The translations under genes were made by a program, and so were the position numbers. Below the pieces are notes generated by a model. The model did no database searches, was not told where the DNA came from, and worked only from the letters and a program-made list of their open reading frames with translations. A stretch of 64,000 nucleotides of DNA, taken from NCBI GenBank assembly GCA_964621065.1, contig CAZULG010000001.1, positions 78,803-142,802 on the forward strand, given 5' to 3'. The stretch is from an uncultured Methanosarcinales archaeon (GTDB lineage Archaea; Nanobdellota; Nanobdellia; Woesearchaeales; UBA583). Shown piece by piece: positions 36,963-46,798 of this stretch (positions are counted from its first letter, which is position 1; each line of letters begins with the position of its first letter).

Positions 36963-38656
36963 ATTATCTCAAGACCCCCTAGAAAGTGGAGATAATTAAA
37001 TTGAATTAATTCAATTCTACATTTTTTAGATAAATTTTCATAGTATTTCGGATAATCTCGTTTCATAATCTCAATACATGAATTAGAAAAATCTCCTTCT
37101 AAATACAGAGTTGTAATAATATTATCAAAATATATACAATCTTTTAAAAAATAATACAGCTCTTGCATAAAAAATGAAATTGTAGGTTTTAAATTATATA
37201 TTTCATATTCATTATTTAGAGCGTGAGTTATAATTTCTTGACTTGACATATATGTTGATGTGTCATAATAATATCTCTTCTCAAGTCCTGTGCTTGAGAT
37301 AATATCATCAAAAGAGATTTCTATCATTTGACAATTGTTTGTTTCTTCACGTTTTTCTTGTTTCAAAAACTCTAAATATTCATAATCATCAATTGATGCA
37401 ACTGTGTGTCCGCCTTCAGAATTATAGACGATATTTGAATTTGAAATATGTGCAATTCCAAGTCCTGTTCCTAAAATTACTAAAATTTCTAAAAATGAGT
37501 CTGAATTGAGATTTGAACTATTAATATGAGTTTGAATATTGTTTGCTCTTTGAGGGATTTTTTGGTTTTCAATATTATTGTAGTTCGTATTACTATCCTT
37601 CGTTTTTATATTTCGCTTTTGAGATTGAAGGCCGTATGCTGCGAGTTCAATGTCGTTGTAGAGTTTAACTTCTGCTCCGCTGTATTGCTCACAAATGTCA
37701 TGATAATTGAAATAGAGATTTTGATGAGTCATCTTAATACTATTATGATGATTCTCTCCTGCAATTGAGAGAATAATATATTGAAGAGGAATTGTTCCAA
37801 TAATTGATTTGAGTAATTGTTTTGAAGATGTGAAGGTTGACGTTTTGACTTTTGTAATATGTTGAGTTGAAAAATCTTCTATATCTCCTAAATAATATTT
37901 AGTATACGTGCCTCCAACATCACAAATTAAAATATTGAGCTTAGAATGTTTTGATTCATTAGTATTGTTATATTCATCGTGTTCTTTGATTTTTTCTTGT
38001 AGTTGAAGTACATTTCTCTCAATATTATCAGAGGCGTTGATGTATGAGCCAACATTAATTTGTGAAAATGGATATTTAATAATTGTTGAAATTGTCTTCT
38101 CACTCACTCCTCCATCAATACTTATATGTTTTATCCCAAATTTTTGCAAGATTGTTGCACTATTGAGTCTGTGTTCTAATAATTCTTGTCCTTGTTTTCC
38201 AGGATTCACTCCCATAATCATAATTTGGTGAAATAGTGATAATACTGGAAGTGTCGTTTCAATTTGTGTCGTTGGAGAAATTGCTAGTTGAAGTAATATT
38301 TGAGGATGATTGCTTTTAAACTCTTCTACAAAATGTTCTATTTCTTCACTTGATTCAAACGCTTCAAAGTGAATAATAATTGAGTGAATTTGAGAGTGAT
38401 ATGTGTGTAATACTTCTTCATAGTGAGTTGTTGAGCGTGACATAAAATGTATCTCGCAAGTGTGAGAGTTATTACTCAATTGACTTAGTAAAACATCTAA
38501 TTGGTGAACAGATATGTTGTTTTGTATGTGTTCAATAAAATCAGGTGTCATTATATCAATGTGAAAATACGAAAAATAGTTAGAGAGTTTATTGTATTGT
38601 TCATTCATCTCTTCAAAATGTTGTGAAAATAATGTTGGTACAATATTCATATACAA
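36947..38656 (-). CDS. fusion protein: ribulose-phosphate 3-epimerase-like barrel plus glucokinase (Glk family)
   Basis: The N-terminal half has HIDIMTPDF, IMIMGVNPGKQGQ and ISIDGGV (RPE-like). The C-terminal half has LICDVGGTYTK, LYNDIELAAYG, ILGTGLGIA and SEGGH (Glk-like). Confidence 0.65.
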   Translation of the reverse strand: MYMNIVPTLFSQHFEEMNEQYNKLSNYFSYFHIDIMTPDFIEHIQNNISVHQLDVLLSQLSNNSHTCEIHFMSRSTTHYEEVLHTYHSQIHSIIIHFEAFESSEEIEHFVEEFKSNHPQILLQLAISPTTQIETTLPVLSLFHQIMIMGVNPGKQGQELLEHRLNSATILQKFGIKHISIDGGVSEKTISTIIKYPFSQINVGSYINASDNIERNVLQLQEKIKEHDEYNNTNESKHSKLNILICDVGGTYTKYYLGDIEDFSTQHITKVKTSTFTSSKQLLKSIIGTIPLQYIILSIAGENHHNSIKMTHQNLYFNYHDICEQYSGAEVKLYNDIELAAYGLQSQKRNIKTKDSNTNYNNIENQKIPQRANNIQTHINSSNLNSDSFLEILVILGTGLGIAHISNSNIVYNSEGGHTVASIDDYEYLEFLKQEKREETNNCQMIEISFDDIISSTGLEKRYYYDTSTYMSSQEIITHALNNEYEIYNLKPTISFFMQELYYFLKDCIYFDNIITTLYLEGDFSNSCIEIMKRDYPKYYENLSKKCRIELIQFNYLHFLGGLEIIYSSL

Positions 38657-38744
38657 TTTTCATCTTAAAGTTTTAAAATCATTTGTGTAAACTATACAGT
38701 TTTATATAGTTGTCTTTAAAAAATATGTATTAAAAATAATAATT

Positions 38745-39758
38745 TTAGAAAAATGACTCTAATCCTTTTTGTTTAGGAATTGAATTTGAGATTTGTTTTT
38801 TAAGTGATTCTTCTTCAAAATCAAATGATTTCAAATAGCGAATTATTTCTTCTTGATTAAATTCTCCTCGCTCTTCACTCATCTCTGCTGTTTGCATTTT
38901 CTTAATTGTGTTAAATACTTCAATCCATGTAAATGAGAAATAATCATGCCATTTGAGTACTTTAAATAAATCTTCAGGCTTATTACGATATTCTTTAACA
39001 AGTTTAAGTGCTTTTTTTGGACCTATTCCTTTAATTCCTCCGGGATTAAAGTCAGTTCCACACAATATTGCAATATAAATTAACTCATCTTGAGAAATAT
39101 TAAGTGTCTCTAAATTTTCTTGAAGTGAGTAGAATTCAATTTGTGTATCTTTATACGTAGATGTTCCTGCTACTTTTCTCTTACTTGTGATAGAAAAATT
39201 TCGAATAAGATAAGGTGAGTTGAACAATAATGAGTCAAAATCTTGTGACGCTAAAGAATAAACTTTTTTTTCTCGAACAAGCCTTGCTCCTTGCGCCTCT
39301 GCTTCACTTGGAGCTTGCATTACTGAGAATCCAAAGAGTTTAATTAAATTTTGACTTTGCTCAATTATCTCACTTGTGAGCTCAGACGTTCCTTGAGCAT
39401 ATTTTCTTGAATCTTCTAAAAGTCCCAACTCCTTTGCTCGTTGATAATTCTCCTTTGATAAAGCTCTCTTATCTCTTCGAGCTTGTTGCTCTTTTTCCTT
39501 GAGTTTTGGAGCTTCTCCATCAAAAATGAATATTGGTGTAATATTGTGTTTTTTAAAATATAAACATCTTGAGAATAATCCTTTCAAATGTGATGTAACT
39601 CTTCCTTTTGAATCAACTAATGATTGCCCATCTGCTTGGCGAATTGATGAGAGAAATGAAAATATCATATTAAACGAGTCAATTGCAATTTTTTTATTTG
39701 CAAGTTGGTTTGGAAAAATTTCATGATACACTAAAATATCTTTTATTGCAACACCCAT
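38745..39758 (-). CDS. fen: flap endonuclease 1
   Basis: MGVAIKDIL..., IAIDSFNMIFSFLSSIR, FIFDGEAP, APSEAEAQ, GTDFNPGGIKGIGPKKA. Confidence 0.9.
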   Translation of the reverse strand: MGVAIKDILVYHEIFPNQLANKKIAIDSFNMIFSFLSSIRQADGQSLVDSKGRVTSHLKGLFSRCLYFKKHNITPIFIFDGEAPKLKEKEQQARRDKRALSKENYQRAKELGLLEDSRKYAQGTSELTSEIIEQSQNLIKLFGFSVMQAPSEAEAQGARLVREKKVYSLASQDFDSLLFNSPYLIRNFSITSKRKVAGTSTYKDTQIEFYSLQENLETLNISQDELIYIAILCGTDFNPGGIKGIGPKKALKLVKEYRNKPEDLFKVLKWHDYFSFTWIEVFNTIKKMQTAEMSEERGEFNQEEIIRYLKSFDFEEESLKKQISNSIPKQKGLESFF

Positions 39759-39890
39759 AAGTATTATATTTGAAAAAGATATATAAAAGTTTTGTGTATT
39801 TACAACATCTCGATTATATTTTAATTTTCAGATAATAACTTTTTTGATAGTAATTTATATTAAAATGTTAAAAGTGTGCTTTATAAGTCT

Positions 39891-41267
39891 TTAACCATTA
39901 AGTGTTTTTGAAATTTTACTTCCATCTTCTAAGAGCATTTCGACTCGATATCTATTTCTAGGTTTTAAATTACATGAGGTTAAATCAATTTGACTTGAAC
40001 CTGAGAGTTGATTTTTGATAGAATACCAATATAATTGTTTAATTTCTTCTTCTGATAAGGTTCTATTATAAATACGAATCTCATCAATTTCTCCCTTGAA
40101 AAAATTTTTAATAATTCCTCTAGAATTTCCTGCAGCTAATGTGAGAGGATATTCTAGTGAAGTGAAATTGAATGGAGATTCATTCTTTTCAATACTGGTT
40201 GTCATTTTTTTTCCTTGAAAGTAGATTCTTCCAGAATTATTAGTTGAATTGTCAGCAATAGTTATTAAATTAGAGTATTTATTTTCAATATTAAAATTTC
40301 CTGAAACTACAAAATTGCTGTTATTAAAATCTCTTAAGCTTAAAAGATGATTATCTCTACTCACAATACTTGGTCCATAAGATTTTCTAAACAGATCAAT
40401 TCCAAAAAATGTATCATCTGGTTTTTTATTTAATGATTTTAGTAAAACTTCATATCTATCTTCAAAAACATCTGATTTAAAATAGGATACAATAGAAAAT
40501 GTTTCTAGATTATTTGTAAAACTATTAAATGATGAATCTATTATCACATAATCATCTTTTCCATCAAATAGTAATGAATTACCAAGTCTACTTGATTTAG
40601 ATTTAGGCAAACTCCCACAAGTAATATTTCCTAATCCCAACTCTATGTTTAAACTATCATTAATAGTTATATTTCTTCCCTCTTCAAAACTTGTGTCATT
40701 CATAATTAAAAAATCGTTTGCATTTTGTGTTAACAAACAGTTTTCATAATCAATAAACCCATTTGAATTTTTATTAAATTCTAATTGTAATTCATTATCG
40801 GTTCTATTTGTAATATTTACAACATATCCTTGTTTTATTATTCCATCATATCCATTGCCCGTTTCATCAAGAAGAGTTAATGTTCCACTATCATTAATTA
40901 TTTCATCAAATGTCCACCACGCCACTAATCCTTCATCACTTATATTTACGTTTCCTTCAAATGAACACATTTCGTTGTTTTTTGAATCAAAGACTTTTAG
41001 ATAAGTTAAATTTAAATGTTGTTCACTTGTTATGTATAAATTATTTGTAGATAGTGCTTGAAGAGTGACATCTCCTATCACTGACTGGGAAGAGATTATA
41101 TTTTGATTGTCCTCAAGATAAGAAGTAGCAAAAAAAAAAAATCCAACGCCTACAATTATTGTTATAGCAATTATTAGTATTGTACTAATAATCTCAAAAA
41201 TACCTTTCTTGCTATATATCATAATAACTAACATCAATTGAATAATACTTATAAATTTATCCACCAA
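39891..41267 (-). CDS. archaeal pilin-like (class III signal) protein with LamG/concanavalin-like domains
   Basis: SKKG/IFEIISTILIIAITIIVGVG matches the archaeal type IV pilin N-terminus. LamG blocks are present (WWTFDE..DETGNGYDG; LLFDGKDDYVIID; GEIDEIRIYNRTLSEEEIKQLY). The start is probably an internal Met close to KKG. Confidence 0.7.
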   Translation of the reverse strand: MVDKFISIIQLMLVIMIYSKKGIFEIISTILIIAITIIVGVGFFFFATSYLEDNQNIISSQSVIGDVTLQALSTNNLYITSEQHLNLTYLKVFDSKNNEMCSFEGNVNISDEGLVAWWTFDEIINDSGTLTLLDETGNGYDGIIKQGYVVNITNRTDNELQLEFNKNSNGFIDYENCLLTQNANDFLIMNDTSFEEGRNITINDSLNIELGLGNITCGSLPKSKSSRLGNSLLFDGKDDYVIIDSSFNSFTNNLETFSIVSYFKSDVFEDRYEVLLKSLNKKPDDTFFGIDLFRKSYGPSIVSRDNHLLSLRDFNNSNFVVSGNFNIENKYSNLITIADNSTNNSGRIYFQGKKMTTSIEKNESPFNFTSLEYPLTLAAGNSRGIIKNFFKGEIDEIRIYNRTLSEEEIKQLYWYSIKNQLSGSSQIDLTSCNLKPRNRYRVEMLLEDGSKISKTLNG

Positions 41268-41371
41268 AACTATTTCTTCTATTAAAATTTAAAAATAAAT
41301 TTCAATCGTTATTTTTCATCAAGTAACATAATTTTAAAAATCAGAACTGTTCTAATGCATTAGAAATAAAA

Positions 41372-42463
41372 ATGCTTCTTACAAAAGATAACCTTCTACG
41401 ATTTGTTAAAGAGAGTAAATATACAACTCCGACTCAAGTTGCAAAAGAGTTTGAAACGACTACTACAATAGCCTCAGCTGCTCTTGGAGAGTTAACTTCT
41501 GATAGTTCTCTACTAAGCACACACTTAAAATATGGCTCATCTCCTTATTATTACGATCCTCAGCAACGAGAGTGTCTTATTAAAATTGCACAGAGTTATT
41601 TTTCAGGAAGTGAGTTAGAACTATTTGAAAAAATTAAAAAAGAGCAAATTGTCTCAATGAATGCACTCACAATTCCACAACGCTCAATCATTTCAAAACT
41701 TCAAGATATTTATTATACTATTGAAATCTCTAAACAAGATAAAGCTTACACATTCTATATTTGGTATTTACGAGATGAGAAAACAACACGCCAACAAATT
41801 CAAGACGCATTTTCTCCATCAAATCAATCTTCTAATGCTCCATCAACCACACTTCCTTCACAAAGTGAGAAAAAGTCAGGAAGTAACTCTAATAAAGCTG
41901 TGTCTGAACCCTCAAACCAACATAGAGCGATCAATTCTTCAAACAATAACTCAAATAACTCAACTTCTCAAAATCAAGTGAATCCATTTTCCAATTTATA
42001 TTCTAGACAATCTCAAGAATCTCATACTCCTAACAATGGGCACAACTCAAATATTAATGTAAGAAATCAAAATACTCAAGAAGCAAATAATAACAAGTTC
42101 AATTCTTCAACTAAGAGCAATTCTACTAATAGTTCTCACAATGAGTTGAAAACTCAATCTACTTCTACTCAATTTGGTGCAGACAGATACTTATATGAAA
42201 ACGCTCACACGATTATTGAAAAAGAGAAACATCAACTTGGAACTAAGTATAAAACATCAATTCAAATTCAATCATTAACACTCTATTTTGATTGTTTGTC
42301 AATTGAGCACAAAAAAGTTCAACCACACGAGATAATTTCTTTTTATACATCATCATTAAAGCCCAAAATTATCTTTTATACAAATTTGCCTAAAAAAATT
42401 GAACAACTCATTGAAGAATTAGAAAATTGTTTTTTAATAAAAACTCAATCAAACACTAATTAA
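41372..42463 (+). CDS. hypothetical protein with N-terminal wHTH-like region and N/S/Q-rich linker
   Basis: 363-aa ORF. The segment TTPTQVAKEFETTTTIASAALGEL is helix-turn-helix-like. The middle of the protein is low-complexity. Confidence 0.45.
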   Translation: MLLTKDNLLRFVKESKYTTPTQVAKEFETTTTIASAALGELTSDSSLLSTHLKYGSSPYYYDPQQRECLIKIAQSYFSGSELELFEKIKKEQIVSMNALTIPQRSIISKLQDIYYTIEISKQDKAYTFYIWYLRDEKTTRQQIQDAFSPSNQSSNAPSTTLPSQSEKKSGSNSNKAVSEPSNQHRAINSSNNNSNNSTSQNQVNPFSNLYSRQSQESHTPNNGHNSNINVRNQNTQEANNNKFNSSTKSNSTNSSHNELKTQSTSTQFGADRYLYENAHTIIEKEKHQLGTKYKTSIQIQSLTLYFDCLSIEHKKVQPHEIISFYTSSLKPKIIFYTNLPKKIEQLIEELENCFLIKTQSNTN

Positions 42464-42497
42464 CAAAGTAATAATGTAATAATGAATTAATATACAA

Positions 42498-43322
42498 ATG
42501 GATAATAACAAACACAATACTCTAAAATCTTCAAAACTCAAAGAATTACCTAACTTGTATTATTTCCCGATTGGATTATTAATGGGTATTGCAGATAGTC
42601 TTCCTGGGTTTTCAGGATCAACTGTCTTGCTTTTGTTTAAACAATACGAAACTATTATGAATACATTATCATCTTTGTTGAGAAAACAATTCTTCCTTGA
42701 TATTTTGTATTCAACTCAACACCTTAGTTTTAATAGATTAATTCAAAATTATAATCTATTTTTACTACTAAGTTTATTTACAGGAATTGGTATAGGTCTT
42801 TTTTCCTCATTTTTCACAATTGCTACATTCATTGAATTATACCCTGATATATCAAATCTTATCATTTTAATAATTACCATTCTCATTACTCTTTACTACA
42901 TCATCATTCATAGAGTTGAATTTAAGCATATGTTGAAGAGCAGAATTTCAATTCTATTTATGCTCATTCCACTCTCAGTTTTCTCAACTCTCTTTATAGC
43001 TTTGCAATCAATTCAGATTATATCTTCTTCTCCAATTTTATTCTTTGTGTCTGCATTTTTTGCAATTATGGTAATGCTACTCCCAGGGATTTCTGGCTCA
43101 TTGATGCTCGTTTTATTTGGAACATACACACAACTCAAAACAGCACTTCTTGAGATGAATTTTATATTAATTATTCCATTTATAGTTGGAATTATTCTAG
43201 GAGCTATACTCTCCATTAAATATATTTCACACGCGACAACTCAATATCCTCTCTATTCAAAGTATGTTATATTATCATTATTATTAAGCGCAATTATAAC
43301 TCTGAGTTTTTCTGTTATGTAA
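42498..43322 (+). CDS. DUF368 family membrane protein (candidate polyprenyl-phosphate translocase)
   Basis: Duplicated signature IADSLPGFSGSTVLLL and MLLPGISGSLMLVLFG. Confidence 0.75.
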   Translation: MDNNKHNTLKSSKLKELPNLYYFPIGLLMGIADSLPGFSGSTVLLLFKQYETIMNTLSSLLRKQFFLDILYSTQHLSFNRLIQNYNLFLLLSLFTGIGIGLFSSFFTIATFIELYPDISNLIILIITILITLYYIIIHRVEFKHMLKSRISILFMLIPLSVFSTLFIALQSIQIISSSPILFFVSAFFAIMVMLLPGISGSLMLVLFGTYTQLKTALLEMNFILIIPFIVGIILGAILSIKYISHATTQYPLYSKYVILSLLLSAIITLSFSVM

Positions 43323-43420
43323 ACTAATTATATTAAATAATTGAAATATATGACTAAAATTGCTTAAATAATATATCAAGTAGTATTGAGAGTGAGAGAG
43401 TGAGAAAATTTCCCTAAAGA

Positions 43421-43428
43421 TTTATAAA
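43421..43428 (+). promoter_or_regulatory. TATA box candidate for rps2
   Basis: TTTATAAA ends 22 nt before the ATG at 43451. Confidence 0.5.
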
Positions 43429-43450
43429 GCAATTTTAATTTTTATACACT

Positions 43451-44044
43451 ATGACGCAAGAATTATTAGTGCCACTTGAAGAATATTTAAGTGCAGGAAC
43501 ACACATAGGAACAAAGTATAAAAATGGATACTCTGATAGCTATGTTCTTAAATCAAGAGCTGATGGTCTAAAAGTTATTGACACAGAGCAAACAAATTTG
43601 AAATTACAAGCTCTCATTAATGTTATTTCACGATACGAACCACATGAAGTTGCAATTATGGGGAGAAGAGAAAATGCAAAAAAACCATTGCAAATTCTCA
43701 AAAAATTAATAGGATTTGATGTCTACACAGGGAGATATTTACCTGGAATGATGTCAAACGCTGAGTTAGACACATACAAAGAATATAAATTAGTTGTTGT
43801 ATGTGATCCATTAACAGATAAAAATATTTTAGAAGAAGCATTTAATCAAGGAGTATTTACAGCAGGATTTTGTGATACAAACAATAAATTCTCAAAATTA
43901 GACTTAGCTGTTCCTATTAATAATAAGGGGAAAAAATCACTTGGTTTAGCTCTTATGATTCTTGCAAAACATTATTTAATAAATCGCAAAATTATTAAAC
44001 AAAGTGAATTTAACTACACATTAGATGACTTTTCAGATGAGTAA
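43451..44044 (+). CDS. rps2: 30S ribosomal protein uS2
   Basis: LLVPLEEYLSAGTHIGTK... is an archaeal S2 pattern. A TATA box lies 22 nt upstream. Confidence 0.9.
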   Translation: MTQELLVPLEEYLSAGTHIGTKYKNGYSDSYVLKSRADGLKVIDTEQTNLKLQALINVISRYEPHEVAIMGRRENAKKPLQILKKLIGFDVYTGRYLPGMMSNAELDTYKEYKLVVVCDPLTDKNILEEAFNQGVFTAGFCDTNNKFSKLDLAVPINNKGKKSLGLALMILAKHYLINRKIIKQSEFNYTLDDFSDE

Positions 44045-44086
44045 TCAATTTTTCAAATAAAATAATATACATTTATATTTAATTAA

Positions 44087-44161
44087 GGGGTTGTAGTGTA
44101 GCATGGCCTATCATCGGGCGTTTGGGACGCTTGGACCGCGGTTCAAATCCGCGCAACCCCG
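44087..44161 (+). tRNA. tRNA-Pro (anticodon TGG)
   Basis: Hand-folded. The acceptor is GGGGTTG/CAACCCC. The anticodon stem is GGGCG/CGCTT with loop TTTGGGA. The T arm is CGCGG-TTCAAAT-CCGCG. Confidence 0.85.
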
Positions 44162-44311
44162 CTTACTCAATTTAAACATATTCTAATATATAATTATTAA
44201 ATGAATAAAGTCTTATTATATTATTAAAAAAATAGTAAAATATTAAATCAAAAATTTTATTTCTAATTATCCACATAATAGTAATAGTGTTAAACAAAGA
44301 ATATATTTTTA

Positions 44312-46126
44312 TTACTTCTTCTCCTTAACTTCTCTAACTTGGAGTCCTAATTCTTTGAGTTGTTCTTCTTTAAACGTTGCAGGAGATTTTGTAAGTGGAT
44401 CAAACCCGTGTTTATTTCTAGGAAATGCTATTACATCACGAATGCTTTGTTTTCCTTCTAAAATCATCATAATTCTATCAAGTCCAAGAGCAAATCCTCT
44501 ATGAGGTGGAGCACCATAATTATACGCTTTTACAAACCAACCAAAATTTTTCTCAATATCATCTTGTGACCAACCAGTTAACTCAAACACTTTTTGTTGA
44601 AGTTTAGGATTTGAAATTCTTTGAGCACCTGAAGAAATCTCAACTCCATTATATACTAAATCATAACAATCTGAAACAAGCGAGAGGAGCTTTTGTTTAT
44701 TCTCTAATAAATTCTCTTTTGTGCATGACATGATAAATTCAACATCTCTCTCATGAGGCATTGTAAAGGGATTATGTTCAAAATCAAGCATATTCAACTC
44801 AGCATTCCATTTAAATAGAGGAAAATCTGTAGTCCATGACAGATAATGTTTTTGTGTATTTATTAAATTAAACTCTTGCGCTAAATGTCGTCTTAAACTA
44901 TCTAGAATTTCATTTGTTTGTTCATAATTGTCTGATATGAAAAATAATAAATCTCCTTTTGTAGCTTTAAACATTGAAATAATCTCTTGTTGTTCTGTTT
45001 CATTAAAGAATTTTGCAATTGCACCATCAAGGGAGTTTTCTTCAACTCTCATCCATGCAAGACCTTTTGCACCAAACTCTTTTTGAGTAAATACGATGAG
45101 TTTATCAATTTCATTTCTTGTAAGTAATTCTTGACCATTTTCAAGTCTTAATCCTTTTACCAATCCCCCTGATTTTGCATTATTTGCAAACACCCCAAAT
45201 CCGCACGTTTTAGCAAGCTGAGTTATATCAACTAACTCATCCATTTGAATTCTCAAATCAGGTTTATCACATCCATACTTGTTCATTGCATCATGATATG
45301 AAATATGTTGAATGTCTCCTTCAATTTCTACTCCATAAACATCTCTAAATGAAGAAATTATCATATTTTCTACGTATTTAAATAATTCTTCTTGTGATAT
45401 AAATGATACTTCAGCATCAAGTTGTGTGAACTCATATTGTCTATCTTTTCTCAAATCTTCATCTCTAAAACATTTTGCGATTTGATAATACTTCTCAACT
45501 CCACTCACCATCAATAATTGTTTAAACATTTGAGGCGCTTGAGGAAGTGCAAATCCTCCACCATGGTGTTTTCTTGAAGGTACAATAAAATCACGTGCTC
45601 CTTCTGGAGAAGACGCAGTTAAAATAGGAGTTTCTATTTCTGTGAATTCATGTTGAGTCATATAATTTCTCAAATATTGAATAAATTTAGAACGATTAAT
45701 AAGTGATTTCATCATCTCTGGTCTTCTCAAATCCAAATATCTATATTCAAGACGCAACTCTTCATTTACTTCGTTGTAATGTTCTTCATCAATATCAAAT
45801 GGAAGTACTTCACAATTGTTAATAATTGAAAATGAATGCGAAATTACTTCAATCTCACCAGTTTTGTGTTTTGAGTTAATTGTCCCATCAGGTCTATTTC
45901 TTACAACTCCATTAATTTGAATAACGCTCTCTCTTCTAATTGTCTCAATTAGTTCAAATTCTTGAGTAACATCTGGATCAAATACGACTTGCGTAATTCC
46001 TTCTCTATCACGCAAATCTACAAATTTTTTACCTCCGTGATCTCTAATTCTCTGAGCCCATCCTATGAGTTGAACTTCGCTTGAAATATTCTTACTTGTT
46101 AATTCACTACAACTATGTGTTTTCAT
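44312..46126 (-). CDS. aspS: aspartyl-tRNA synthetase, bacterial type (with GAD-like insertion)
   Basis: MKTHSCSEL start as in bacterial AspRS. FVDLRDREGITQVVFDP, FRDEDLRKDRQYEFTQLD and GFALGLDRIMMIL (motif 3) are present. The length fits the bacterial type. ATG at 46126 is preferred to the upstream TTG at 46165. Confidence 0.9.
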   Translation of the reverse strand: MKTHSCSELTSKNISSEVQLIGWAQRIRDHGGKKFVDLRDREGITQVVFDPDVTQEFELIETIRRESVIQINGVVRNRPDGTINSKHKTGEIEVISHSFSIINNCEVLPFDIDEEHYNEVNEELRLEYRYLDLRRPEMMKSLINRSKFIQYLRNYMTQHEFTEIETPILTASSPEGARDFIVPSRKHHGGGFALPQAPQMFKQLLMVSGVEKYYQIAKCFRDEDLRKDRQYEFTQLDAEVSFISQEELFKYVENMIISSFRDVYGVEIEGDIQHISYHDAMNKYGCDKPDLRIQMDELVDITQLAKTCGFGVFANNAKSGGLVKGLRLENGQELLTRNEIDKLIVFTQKEFGAKGLAWMRVEENSLDGAIAKFFNETEQQEIISMFKATKGDLLFFISDNYEQTNEILDSLRRHLAQEFNLINTQKHYLSWTTDFPLFKWNAELNMLDFEHNPFTMPHERDVEFIMSCTKENLLENKQKLLSLVSDCYDLVYNGVEISSGAQRISNPKLQQKVFELTGWSQDDIEKNFGWFVKAYNYGAPPHRGFALGLDRIMMILEGKQSIRDVIAFPRNKHGFDPLTKSPATFKEEQLKELGLQVREVKEKK

Positions 46127-46225
46127 AGTAATATAAAAACATATTGAGTTTAAAAGATTTTTCAATTTTATTACTAAACATAAAAGTTTGAACTAAAATT
46201 TATTAATTTGAACTTTACAAAATTT

Positions 46226-46747
46226 TTACTTCTCCTTAAATTCTGCGTCTTTTGCATCTGTATCAAATTTTGAAGGCTTTATGTTTGAATGATGAGAAGA
46301 TTTTTTTTGATATGATGAGGATTTTTTATTTTTTGAATTATGTGTTCCAAATAGAGATGAAAAACTATTTTGTTTGTATTTTGAATATGCTCGTTTTATA
46401 TCAAAATCAGGAGAGAATCCAGAGTTTTTATTTGTATATACTCTAAATTGAGAATTCAGAGCGTTTGAATTTGAGAGAATTGATAATATGAATAATGAGA
46501 ATAATAAATAAATTACTGCAAAGACTAATCCAATGTAGGGGATATTAATTAAACCGATAAAACTGAGTTGAATAATTGCATATAAAAGAGCAAATAAGCC
46601 ACTAAACCTCAAAATACTATATATTTGAAAGCAAATGAGAATAATTAAGATAAATAATAAGTCGCTCTCTCGTGAAAATATGAAAAAAGTAAGGAGGACT
46701 GTGAAAAAGAGTTGTAAGTAGAAATGAAAGCGTATTGTGAATAACAT
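46226..46747 (-). CDS. hypothetical membrane protein with basic S/K-rich tail
   Basis: 173-aa ORF with four hydrophobic helices. Confidence 0.45.
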   Translation of the reverse strand: MLFTIRFHFYLQLFFTVLLTFFIFSRESDLLFILIILICFQIYSILRFSGLFALLYAIIQLSFIGLINIPYIGLVFAVIYLLFSLFILSILSNSNALNSQFRVYTNKNSGFSPDFDIKRAYSKYKQNSFSSLFGTHNSKNKKSSSYQKKSSHHSNIKPSKFDTDAKDAEFKEK

Positions 46748-46798
46748 ATTGTAATAAAATATAGATTCATTTAAATAGTTATTTTTCTACTCAAAAAT

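Noticed and set aside
41661-41981. The 106-aa ORF nested in the ORF at 41372 in another frame.
   Set aside because: It lies within the low-complexity region of the longer ORF, has no independent signals and has AT-bias-driven composition.
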